Below, piece by piece: positions 6,310-14,552 of a stretch of DNA of 19,290 nucleotides. The translations under genes were made by a program, and so were the position numbers. How positions within the stretch are numbered: the stretch's first letter is position 1; every line of letters starts with the position of its first letter. This DNA comes from an uncultured archaeon (GTDB lineage Archaea; Altiarchaeota; Altiarchaeia; IMC4; SCGC-AAA252-I15). The notes under the pieces were generated by a model. It searched no databases. It was not told the DNA's origin and worked only from the letters and a program-made list of their open reading frames with translations. The stretch is from the NCBI GenBank assembly GCA_964587725.1, contig CAZPLO010000023.1:1-19290 (forward strand), in the 5' to 3' direction.

Positions 6310-8747
6310 CTCGGTATCCCCTCGCAGCCGTATATCATGTTGTTGGACGGGCATCTGCTGACGCTTTCTCCGTATTCGTCGTTGCTGCATCCGTCGTCCA
6401 TTTTCCTGCAGTAATCGTATGTCAGAGATTTCCTGGCCGGGTCGCTCCAGTTTATTATCTCCGGATACCCTGCTCCGCCCATTATCTCGCTGCCCCTGTT
6501 CCCGGTGGTGTCGAGGTAATGCCATTTCGCGTCGCCAGGGAACCGTATGAGGTTGTACCAGTGGCCGTCGCCGTCCACGCTGTAGACCTGTTCTTTGGTG
6601 TAGCCGAGCTTCCTCAATATGGTGGTCATCGCCACGCTGTAGTCGACGCAGGTGCCGGTTGAAAGGCGGTTGATGCTGGCGTGCGCCGGCACATCCACCA
6701 CGGAATCGCTGTTCGACTCCCAGTCTGTGTCCGAATGCCAGTACCCTGCCTTACCCCATCTGGTGCATGATATGCTGCATATCCCGACCTTGTTGTATAC
6801 GCAGCGGTGGCCGCCCATCTGGTAGTCGGGGCGGGCTCCGCCGTCGCCTGCGCAGCTAGCCGACGTACCCATCTGCCATGCATGGGGGTTCACACCCCAT
6901 TTACTGCAGCTGTCCGGACATATGCTGTGGCCGTAGCAGCACCATTCCCCATAGAAGTAACCCTGCATGTACACTGCGGCGTAGCCGAACGCCGACGCCG
7001 CGTAGTGTGCGAGGCATTTTTTGAAGTTGAATCCTGTGAACACGGAGTCGATGTTGGATTTCATCCGCGCCCAATTGCACGCAGCCTCTTTCCCAGCCTT
7101 CCTCGGGCCGGTGAGGACGCTGCCGTAGTCTTCGTTTTCGCAGCAGCGTAGTGCGTCCGTCACGATGAAGTCGAGGTTCTGGTCGCATACCTCGTAGAGT
7201 TCGCAGCTGTCCAGCTCCGTGTTGCCCTTTATCTTCGGGCCCTGGTTGGTTGGCCACTTCTGGGTGCAGGGCCCGTCTGTTGGAGCCCATTTGGCGCCGG
7301 TTGCGCAGGGACTGCACGGGGGACAGTATGAGCCGCCACAGTCGACGCCGGCTTCGTTGCCGTTTTGCACGCCGTCGAGGCAGCTGGCAGGCCTGCATTC
7401 CCCGCTGTAGCAGGCGTAGCTGGCGGGACAGTTTATGTCCTGATGTGATTCCGTGCAGGGGGCGGTGTCGCTGATGTAGTATTCGCGGAGTGTGTCTCCG
7501 TCTAAGCAGTAGTCTGTGTGGCCTTTAGCCGTCGTACCCCTGTCGACGATGTCTATTCCGCCGTCTGTGTCCCCGCATACGCACTTCCGGTCCTCGCAGC
7601 CTGCTACGCAGTCGTAGTTTCGCGTGCCGTGGACGCACTGGTTGTGGCTGACGTGGTAGTAGTGTTCCTCCAGCGTCTGCGAGCTGAGGCAGCGGTCCCT
7701 GTATATCCCCTCGTATCCCACGTAGGTGAAGGGGTCGTTGCCGTCCGGTACCGCGCAGTCGCATTTCCCCCGGCTACATCCTTTATCGCAGACGTGTTCC
7801 ACGCTATGTAGGCCGTCTTCGTCGCAGTAGTATTCCACCAGGGTGTCTTCGTCCCTGCAGAAGTCCGTGTAATGCACTGGGTTATAGTCCTGGGGGCCGA
7901 CCACAATAACCTGCTCTGGAACCGTCGCCATTGGAACGTTCATCATAAGGCCGGCGCCTTCAACGGTGGTGGTGGGGAACGGCGGGAGCTCCATGACCAT
8001 CCTCTGAGGCGGCGTCTCAACGTCGTCCCCATCCGGGGGCTCCGCCCGGTCGATGGTGCCCCTCACCCATTTGTTGTCGCCGCCGTCGCTGTCGTCGCAG
8101 CCGCACCCGTTTTTGTCGTTGAACTCGTACATGTGGTCTTCGCTTATCGCCTCCGTGCAGGCTATGCACTGGCAGAGGTCGCATGCGTCTCCTACGCCGT
8201 CTATGTCCAAGTCTATCTGGTTGGTGTTGCTGTCGTTGACGCAGTTGTCGAAGACGTCGGGTATGCCGTCGCCGTCCATGTCCGGCAGGCTCACCTGCAT
8301 CCCAGGCATGAGGGTGGTGGGAAACTGCACGACGATGTCGCCGGCCATCATGAACGATATAGTCGTGGTGGAGGAGGTCGTTGTTCTGGAGGTGGATGTG
8401 GTCTTCAGGGTGGTGGTGGCCTTCGGCTGAGTGGTTGTTGTGACGCACGCGCACTTACCATAGTATTCCGCGCACACAAGCCCCCGGCTACAGTACCCCT
8501 CACATTCCCCTGTCCTCCGGTTTAGGGTGCACGGCTGCAGCGTGGTGGTTGTGGCCTGGCAGCTACAGTAACCGCCAACATGCGTCAGAGCAGGGGAGGA
8601 TGTGAACACGCACACTTCACCCTCTGCGCAGTATCCTATGTCGCATGAGCTCTGACTGACGGGGTCCTGGATACTGGAGCACATTATCTGCTGCCCTGCA
8701 GCAGCAGCGGCTAAAAAAAGCAGCAAAAACAGCCAACCACCCTTCAT
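6306..8747 (-). CDS. large secreted Cys-rich repeat protein with TSP3-like Ca-binding repeats and a C-terminal transglutaminase-like (Cys-His-Asp) domain
   Basis: Signal peptide; Thr linker; DMDGDGIPDVFDNC...DIDGVGDACD; three C.D.DG(G)-type repeats; CLDGVQNGNEAGVDCGGSYCPPC; GTCVDYSVAMTTILRKLG...HWYN...WHYLDTT. Confidence 0.85.
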   Translation of the reverse strand: MKGGWLFLLLFLAAAAAGQQIMCSSIQDPVSQSSCDIGYCAEGEVCVFTSSPALTHVGGYCSCQATTTTLQPCTLNRRTGECEGYCSRGLVCAEYYGKCACVTTTTQPKATTTLKTTSTSRTTTSSTTTISFMMAGDIVVQFPTTLMPGMQVSLPDMDGDGIPDVFDNCVNDSNTNQIDLDIDGVGDACDLCQCIACTEAISEDHMYEFNDKNGCGCDDSDGGDNKWVRGTIDRAEPPDGDDVETPPQRMVMELPPFPTTTVEGAGLMMNVPMATVPEQVIVVGPQDYNPVHYTDFCRDEDTLVEYYCDEDGLHSVEHVCDKGCSRGKCDCAVPDGNDPFTYVGYEGIYRDRCLSSQTLEEHYYHVSHNQCVHGTRNYDCVAGCEDRKCVCGDTDGGIDIVDRGTTAKGHTDYCLDGDTLREYYISDTAPCTESHQDINCPASYACYSGECRPASCLDGVQNGNEAGVDCGGSYCPPCSPCATGAKWAPTDGPCTQKWPTNQGPKIKGNTELDSCELYEVCDQNLDFIVTDALRCCENEDYGSVLTGPRKAGKEAACNWARMKSNIDSVFTGFNFKKCLAHYAASAFGYAAVYMQGYFYGEWCCYGHSICPDSCSKWGVNPHAWQMGTSASCAGDGGARPDYQMGGHRCVYNKVGICSISCTRWGKAGYWHSDTDWESNSDSVVDVPAHASINRLSTGTCVDYSVAMTTILRKLGYTKEQVYSVDGDGHWYNLIRFPGDAKWHYLDTTGNRGSEIMGGAGYPEIINWSDPARKSLTYDYCRKMDDGCSNDEYGESVSRCPSNNMIYGCEGIPR

Positions 8748-8811
8748 GGTATAGAATGAGATTCGTATTTAAAAACATCTTTTAGTGTATGGCTGCGTAA
8801 GAGTGTAGGCT

Positions 8812-9861
8812 ATGCGTGCGGTGATTTTGGCGGTTTTTATTGCAGCATTATCGGGGTGTCTGGGATCCCCTCAGGCAGAGGCTGCAGGCTCCTGCGTAGG
8901 CCTTTCAGGCGCGGACAGGAGCTGGTGCCTCACCAACCTGGCGCTTGATTCACGCGACCCCGGCGTATGCGACGACGTGGTAGACGCGGAACTGCAGAAT
9001 GCGTGTGTGGCCGCGGCAACCAGAAACCCCGGGCTATGCGGGGTGGTGGGAGATCAGTTCTGGCGGGACTCCTGCTACTACAACGTGGGCGTGGCCTCCG
9101 GGAACGCGAGCGTGTGCGCATTTATTGAAGGCGGAGATTACAGGGACAGCTGCCTCCGGGACACCTACGCGGACCAAGGAGACGCGGAAGTGTGCGACAA
9201 CATGGAGGACGTTGAAATGAGCCTCTGGTGCTACGCCGTCATAGAACTGGACGAGAGCATATGCGAGAGGATAGGGGACAGCAGGCTGCGTGAGACATGC
9301 CTCGCCGACGTCAACGAGACATTCAACGCACTCACCACCACGACCACAACAACCACTACCTCGACAACAACTTCGACTACGACGACAACATCAACCATTA
9401 CCACATCAACTACTACGACGCCCACGTCGACTACCACCTCAACCAGCACCACATCCACCACGACTACGACGCTGCCGACGCCGGAGTCGTGTTCGAGGAT
9501 AGAGCATCCGGTGGAGCGGGACTGGTGTCTGGTGGAGGCGGGTGGAGCATGCGGAGACCCGGGGGTGTGTGGGCTGGTTCAGAACCCGCTGTGGCGGCGC
9601 TCCTGCATCCGTTCAGTGGCCCTGAAATCATTGGATGCGGACGTCTGCAAACTGCTGGATTCAGGAGACAGGGAAGCCTGCATCATGGAGGTTGCGGTGC
9701 AGAGCCTCAACAGCAGCCTCTGCAGCCGGATTGAAAACCTGGACAGCATGGAATCGTGTGTTATGGAGGTTGCGGTGAATACAGGTAACACCACACTTTG
9801 CACCGCACTCGAGGACAAGATGGGGCGGATTCTGTGCGAGAAATACGTTAAGATGCGGTGA
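8812..9861 (+). CDS. Cys-rich helical-repeat lipoprotein with a central poly-Thr linker
   Basis: Lipobox-like LSGC; ~25-aa repeats C...vA....d...C..I......d.C on both sides of a ~46-residue Thr/Ser tract. Confidence 0.8.
   Translation: MRAVILAVFIAALSGCLGSPQAEAAGSCVGLSGADRSWCLTNLALDSRDPGVCDDVVDAELQNACVAAATRNPGLCGVVGDQFWRDSCYYNVGVASGNASVCAFIEGGDYRDSCLRDTYADQGDAEVCDNMEDVEMSLWCYAVIELDESICERIGDSRLRETCLADVNETFNALTTTTTTTTTSTTTSTTTTTSTITTSTTTTPTSTTTSTSTTSTTTTTLPTPESCSRIEHPVERDWCLVEAGGACGDPGVCGLVQNPLWRRSCIRSVALKSLDADVCKLLDSGDREACIMEVAVQSLNSSLCSRIENLDSMESCVMEVAVNTGNTTLCTALEDKMGRILCEKYVKMR
9334..9471 (+). repeat. low-complexity ACN-codon (poly-Thr/Ser) tract
   Basis: acc/acg/aca/act codons with mixed third positions; similar tracts lie in the genes at 5018, 6306, 9848 and 16438. 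Confidence 0.85.
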
Positions 9862-10360
9862 CGTACGCCCTGCATTTGGTCCACGCCGGCGGCTGCTGGT
9901 ATACTACGCTGAACGGCCGGGTGGTGCCGGCGGGCAGCCCCAACACCACCACGTGTTTGGATGCGACAACTTCCCCGCCCGCCGTCTGCAACTCGGTAAC
10001 CACCCTGAATCCTCCGATGTCTTGGGTGGTGGGGTTGCTGACGTAGCCGGCCACCATCGCGTTCCCGTAGTCGTCGCTGTCGCAGCCCGCCAGCTGCACC
10101 AAAACGTCTTCTGCGTTGAACGGCTGCGTAGTAGAAGTCGTGGCAGAGGGGATGGTCGAAGTAGTAGTTGGTGACACGGCCTGGGTCGACGGCGTCGCCT
10201 GAGTGGATGTGGTCTGGACAGTATCATCCGGCAGCGGAGGAGGAGACGGGGTCGTGGAGTGTGAAGCTAGCGTGTACGTGGGGGAAGACGGTTCGCCGCC
10301 GGAGGGGACGCACACACAACCTGAAAACAACAACACAACCAGGAAAACCATGTATCGCAT
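9848..10360 (-). CDS. FxLYD-like domain lipoprotein with Pro/Thr linker
   Basis: MRYMVFLVVLLFSGCVC lipobox-like; C-terminal VAGYVSN...VVTELQTAGGEVV...LPAGTTRPF beta-sandwich pattern; CTTATATA box at 10391-10384. Confidence 0.7.
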   Translation of the reverse strand: MRYMVFLVVLLFSGCVCVPSGGEPSSPTYTLASHSTTPSPPPLPDDTVQTTSTQATPSTQAVSPTTTSTIPSATTSTTQPFNAEDVLVQLAGCDSDDYGNAMVAGYVSNPTTQDIGGFRVVTELQTAGGEVVASKHVVVLGLPAGTTRPFSVVYQQPPAWTKCRAYVTAS

Positions 10361-10431
10361 GGGAAGCTATGTGTTCCGCAGACTATATAAGGGGTTTGGT
10401 CGGGTATACTGGGTGCTTCTGGTAGAAATAT

Positions 10432-10758
10432 TTACCGGTAGGTGCTGTATCTATCCAAGAGTTTCTTCAGGTCGTCGGCTAATTTGGGTTCGAGGTCGTC
10501 GCCGAGGGTGTCTATGTATTCTTTAGCGTCCTGTATGCCGTTGCGGCGGGCTTTGGCGGCGATGTTGGCGCGTATTACGCTGCGGTTGTCCTGGTCGTCG
10601 GTGTCGGCGAGGATGTCCTGGAGGTCGAATCGGAAGTATTTGACGCGGCCCACATCCAGCATCCTCTTCTTCCCGCCGCCGTCGTTGCTCCAGTTGTGTT
10701 TCGGCTTCTTACTCCGTTTTTTAGTGTACCACCGCGGTTTCTTAGGTCCTCTCGCCAA
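10432..10758 (-). CDS. conserved archaeal hypothetical protein with a basic N-terminal tail
   Basis: TTG start with upstream GGAGG; Lys/Arg-rich N-terminus and helical C-terminal domain ending LLDRYSTYR. Confidence 0.7.
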   Translation of the reverse strand: MARGPKKPRWYTKKRSKKPKHNWSNDGGGKKRMLDVGRVKYFRFDLQDILADTDDQDNRSVIRANIAAKARRNGIQDAKEYIDTLGDDLEPKLADDLKKLLDRYSTYR

Positions 10759-10873
10759 GATTAAATCAGTCCTCCGTTCCTTGAATTAAGGAATCCAGCT
10801 TAATAAGTAGGGTTTCAGGGGGATATTGGGGTATTTGTATACCCGTATTCTTTACGCTTAAGCGGAGGAATTA

Positions 10874-11398
10874 ATGCGTTTACCGAGAGTTCTGGTTGGA
10901 TTAGCCGTCCTAGTGCTTTTCATGGGCTGCATACAGTCCGGGGCGGACACTGAAACAGGAGCCATGAACGACGGCTCCATGACTGAAGACGACTCCATGG
11001 CCGATGGTTCCACGATGGATGACGGCATGTCTTACTCGGGCACGGTGTTGGCCGGGTCGGAGTCGCCGTTGTTGGAGTATAACCAGGCGGACTACGACGC
11101 CGCGATAGCGTCCGGGAAACTGGCGGTATTGTACTTCTACGCGGACTGGTGTCCCATATGCGCCGAAGAGTTCCCTAAGATGATGGACGCGTTCGACGAA
11201 CTCGACGGCGGTGTCGTGGGGTTCAGGGTGAACTACCGCGACGACCTTGTAACGCCGGAGGAGGAGCAGCTGGCCAGGGAATACGGGATAAGCTACCAGC
11301 ACACGAAGGTGTTCGTCAAAGACGGTGAGCGGCTGCTGAAGACGCAGGAGACTTGGAGCAAACAGGACTACCTCGACAACGTAGGTGATTACCTGTGA
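10874..11398 (+). CDS. thioredoxin-like (TlpA/ResA-type) lipoprotein with Met/Asp-rich linker
   Basis: Lipobox-like FMGC; LYFYADWCPIC; GGAGG SD; stop overlaps ccdA (GTGA). Confidence 0.85.
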   Translation: MRLPRVLVGLAVLVLFMGCIQSGADTETGAMNDGSMTEDDSMADGSTMDDGMSYSGTVLAGSESPLLEYNQADYDAAIASGKLAVLYFYADWCPICAEEFPKMMDAFDELDGGVVGFRVNYRDDLVTPEEEQLAREYGISYQHTKVFVKDGERLLKTQETWSKQDYLDNVGDYL

Positions 11399-12102
11399 GT
11401 GAAGTCGGGATTCTGGTGGCGTTCACCGCCGGACTGGTGTCTTTTCTGTCACCGTGTGTATTACCGATTATGCCCGGCTTCCTCGCTTATCTCGCTGGAA
11501 CTTCACTGGACGAGGCGGAGTCCAACCGTAAGGAGATTTTCCTGAGCACCGTATTCTTTGTGTTGGGGTTTTCGCTGGTGTTCTCGCTCCTGGGCGTATT
11601 GTTGAACACCGCCTTGGAGTCGGTGGCATACGACCTGCAGACGTGGCTTTCAAGGATAGGCGGGGCGTTCATAATATTCTTCGGCCTCTACCTGACCGGG
11701 TTGCTGAAGATTCCGTGGCTGGAGAAGGAGCATAAACTAAAGGTTACTAAAAAATTCAAGTCCAGGTATCTGACGTCTTTTATTTTCGGCTTCGCCTTCG
11801 CGGTGGGGTGGAGCCCCTGCGTCGGCGCCGTACTCGGCAGCATACTGGCGTTGTCGTCCGCGCAGCCGGGGGTGGCGTTCACGCTGCTGTTCACTTACAC
11901 GATGGGGTTGGGCCTGCCGTTCCTGGTGGTGGGACTGTTCACGTCCAAGTCCGTTGAATTGATAAACCGTTTCGCCCACCTGCTGGAGAGCGTGAGGAAA
12001 CTGTTCGGATGGTTCCTCATTCTAATCGGCGTATTGGTGTTCGCCGGGTACCTGAGCAGGGTGGCTAGTGTGGAGTTCCTGACGGGGTGGTTCATGCCAT
12101 GA
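11395..12102 (+). CDS. ccdA: CcdA/DsbD-type transmembrane electron transporter
   Basis: AFTAGLVSFLSPCVLP and GWSPCVGAVLGSIL redox Cys motifs; about six TM helices. Confidence 0.93.
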   Translation: MSEVGILVAFTAGLVSFLSPCVLPIMPGFLAYLAGTSLDEAESNRKEIFLSTVFFVLGFSLVFSLLGVLLNTALESVAYDLQTWLSRIGGAFIIFFGLYLTGLLKIPWLEKEHKLKVTKKFKSRYLTSFIFGFAFAVGWSPCVGAVLGSILALSSAQPGVAFTLLFTYTMGLGLPFLVVGLFTSKSVELINRFAHLLESVRKLFGWFLILIGVLVFAGYLSRVASVEFLTGWFMP

Positions 12103-13145
12103 AAAAACAGCATGTGCAGTTGATTGCTGCGTTGGTGGCTATTTCAGCGGTCATACTCTACCTGGAGTCGCTGAAGCCGCCAGTCGTCACAGAGAAGGTG
12201 GGGTTGAATGTGACCGAGAAACTGGGGAAGTATCCGCAGGCTAAGGAGATTGTGAACCCCAGCGGCTTCATCAACGCCGACAACATCACCGTCCGCGAGC
12301 TGGTCGGCAAGAACGTTATTTTAGTGGATTTTTGGACGTACAGCTGCATCAACTGCCAGAGAACGCTCCCGTACATAAACAGCTGGTACGATAAATACAG
12401 TGACAAAGGCCTTGAAATCATCGGCGTGCATACGCCGGAGTTCAGCTTCGAGGAGGACATCGGCAACGTCCGCGACGCTGTTGAGAGATTCAACATCGAG
12501 TATCCGGTGGTGTTGGACAACGACTACTCCACGTGGAACGCGTACCGGAACCGCTTCTGGCCGCGGAAGTATTTGATTGACATCGACGGCTTCATCGTCT
12601 ACGACCACGCCGGCGAAGGCGCTTATGAGGAGACGGAGGAGAAGATTGTCGAATTGCTGGAGGAGCGGCGGAGCCGCCTCGGCCTGGAAGCCGAAGTCAG
12701 CTTGGATGAGACGTGGCCGGATGCAGTGGACGTGGACTTCGGGAGGATAGGCAGTCCGGAGGTGTATTTCGGCGCCGGCAGGAACGAGCTGCTCAGCAAC
12801 GGGGTGCCGGGGAACACCGGCCGCCGGATGTTCAACGCCCCTGAGGGGATAGCCGACAACAGCCTCTACCTCGTCGGCGAATGGAACATCCACGAAGAAT
12901 ACGCTGAAAACCTCGGCGACGCCGAGGTAATATTCAAGTTCACAGCCAAACGCGCCCACATGGTCGCCTCCTCCCCAGACGGAGTCGACATGGAGGTATT
13001 AGTCGACAGCCAACCAACCAAAACAGTCCAGGTGCAGGAGGAAATGCTCTACAACCTGGTCGACATGGACGACTACGGCACACACGTACTACGCCTCAGG
13101 ACACAGGAGCCGGGGCTGCAGGCATACACGTTCACGTTCGGGTAG
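12099..13145 (+). CDS. membrane-anchored DipZ-like thioredoxin with C-terminal beta-sandwich domain
   Basis: VDFWTYSCINCQRTLP, GVHTPEF, NRFWP, GEGAYEETE, SPEVYFG and terminal YTFTFG typical of the DipZ soluble part; start ATG 12099 overlaps the ccdA stop. Confidence 0.88.
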   Translation: MKKQHVQLIAALVAISAVILYLESLKPPVVTEKVGLNVTEKLGKYPQAKEIVNPSGFINADNITVRELVGKNVILVDFWTYSCINCQRTLPYINSWYDKYSDKGLEIIGVHTPEFSFEEDIGNVRDAVERFNIEYPVVLDNDYSTWNAYRNRFWPRKYLIDIDGFIVYDHAGEGAYEETEEKIVELLEERRSRLGLEAEVSLDETWPDAVDVDFGRIGSPEVYFGAGRNELLSNGVPGNTGRRMFNAPEGIADNSLYLVGEWNIHEEYAENLGDAEVIFKFTAKRAHMVASSPDGVDMEVLVDSQPTKTVQVQEEMLYNLVDMDDYGTHVLRLRTQEPGLQAYTFTFG

Positions 13146-13152
13146 GTATCCG

Positions 13153-13176
13153 TTTATAAACCGGGACTTTTATAAA
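13153..13176 (+). promoter_or_regulatory. tandem TTTATAAA boxes upstream of tfb
   Basis: Identical octamers at 13153-13160 and 13169-13176. Confidence 0.55.
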
Positions 13177-13294
13177 GGTGTCCTCAGTTATAGTGTATAG
13201 GGGTATGCTGCACGCCATACAATTCTGTTTTGGATTGTATGTTATCCTACATTATTCGACTGTTTTGCGGTTTTTCCCCAGAGGTGAATCGACT

Positions 13295-14212
13295 TTGATT
13301 AAGACGAAACAATTGCACGAATGCACGGACTGTGGTGGAACGAATCTCAGGCTGGATCAGAAGCATGCGGAGATGGTGTGTATGGACTGCGGCCTGGTGA
13401 TGGAGGAGAGCTTGGTGGATAGTGGGCCCGAGTGGAGGGCATTCAACCCCGAACAACGCGCCAGGAGGGCGCGTACAGGCGGACCCGTGAAGTACTCGAA
13501 ACTCAACAAGGGCTTGACGACGGAGATAGACCGGTATGACAGGGACATACGCGGAAGCCATATTTCCCCGAAGCATAAGGCCAAACTGTACAGGATGCGG
13601 AAGTGGCAGAGGCGGGCGCGGATGAGCGACAGCCTGCAACGCAACCTGAGCATTGCGCTGCCGGAGCTGGACAGGATATGCAGTTACCTGAGCATACCCC
13701 GGAACACCCGCGAAGAATGCGCGATGTGGTACCGGAAGGCCGCCGCCAAAGGGATGGTGCGGGGGCGCAGCATCGAAGGCGTCGTCGCAGCAGTAGTCTA
13801 TCTAGTATGTAAGAAGCAGCAGACTCCCAAGACATTGGAGGAGTTGGCGGACGCCAGCGGCGTGACGGTGAAGGACATCGGCAGAAGCTACCGTTTCCTG
13901 TGCAGGCGCCTGGGACTGAGGATGCCGGTGGCGACGCCCATAGACTATGTGCCTCGTTTCGCCAGCAAACTAGGCGTCAGCGGAGAAACAGAGGCGAAGG
14001 CGGTGGAGATACTTAAGGAGGCTATTGAGAAGGGCGTTACCTCCGGCCGCGGACCCACTGGGACGGCGGCTGCCGCACTGTATCTCGCAGGCAAATCCAC
14101 GGACGACAAACGCACGCAACGGAACATCGCCGAGAAACTCACAGGCGTAACAGAAACAACCATCCGTAACAGGTGCGAGGACCTGAGCACGATGATGCGG
14201 GTCGCCTGCTGA
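13295..14212 (+). CDS. tfb: transcription initiation factor IIB (TFB)
   Basis: Zn ribbon CTDC...CMDC, B-reader GPEWRAF, LYRMRKWQ, cyclin repeats GRSIEG and SGRGPTG, HTH GVTETTIRNR. Start reassigned to TTG 13295 after the GAGGTGA SD. Confidence 0.95.
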   Translation: MIKTKQLHECTDCGGTNLRLDQKHAEMVCMDCGLVMEESLVDSGPEWRAFNPEQRARRARTGGPVKYSKLNKGLTTEIDRYDRDIRGSHISPKHKAKLYRMRKWQRRARMSDSLQRNLSIALPELDRICSYLSIPRNTREECAMWYRKAAAKGMVRGRSIEGVVAAVVYLVCKKQQTPKTLEELADASGVTVKDIGRSYRFLCRRLGLRMPVATPIDYVPRFASKLGVSGETEAKAVEILKEAIEKGVTSGRGPTGTAAAALYLAGKSTDDKRTQRNIAEKLTGVTETTIRNRCEDLSTMMRVAC

Positions 14213-14243
14213 ATAACGTCACTTGTGTCTCCTCTGCGAGTCT

Positions 14244-14330
14244 GAGTATGGTTCGCCACACACCGGACATGATGAGCCGCCGGTGCGGGGTGACCCGCAC
14301 CGGTTGCAGTGTGACGCGTGAACCATATTC
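14244..14330 (+). ncRNA. candidate structured RNA (nested stems, GNRA-capped 10-bp hairpin) in the tfb 3' region
   Basis: GAGTATGGTTC/GAACCATATTC, CACAC/GTGTG, CCGGTGCGGG-GTGA-CCCGCACCGG, and CGG-ACATGATGAG-CCG. Confidence 0.55.
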
Positions 14331-14333
14331 CGT

Positions 14334-14522
14334 TCAACACAGTTTAACCGTGCCGTCGTCTAAGGATATTTTTCCTTCGCGGAGCAGCCATCCGACTGCG
14401 TAGTCGAATCTCTTGTCCTTCAGCTTCTTCTTAATCTCAGGCAGTTTGGCCGCACCCCCCATGTCCCCCAGAGACCTGTATATTCTCCCGGCTGCCTCCC
14501 CGGTTTCAGACGCCACATCCAT
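14334..14522 (-). CDS. small winged-helix protein, DUF2582-like
   Basis: GEAAGRIYRSL...AVGWLLREGKI signature; TTTATATA box at 14552-14545. Confidence 0.8.
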   Translation of the reverse strand: MDVASETGEAAGRIYRSLGDMGGAAKLPEIKKKLKDKRFDYAVGWLLREGKISLDDGTVKLC

Positions 14523-14552
14523 AAACCAACATGCTGCAGCCTGATATATAAA

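Noticed and set aside
9334-9471. ACN-rich tract as a CRISPR array or slippage microsatellite
   Set aside because: No repeat-spacer periodicity; mixed third codon positions indicate protein-level Thr selection.
14242-14321. Hammerhead ribozyme, fluoride riboswitch or canonical box C/D guide reading of the post-tfb element
   Set aside because: Core is AUGAUGA rather than CUGAUGA with no GAAA after the stem; the fluoride P1 GGCGA 5' strand is absent; C and D boxes are not in guide order or spacing.
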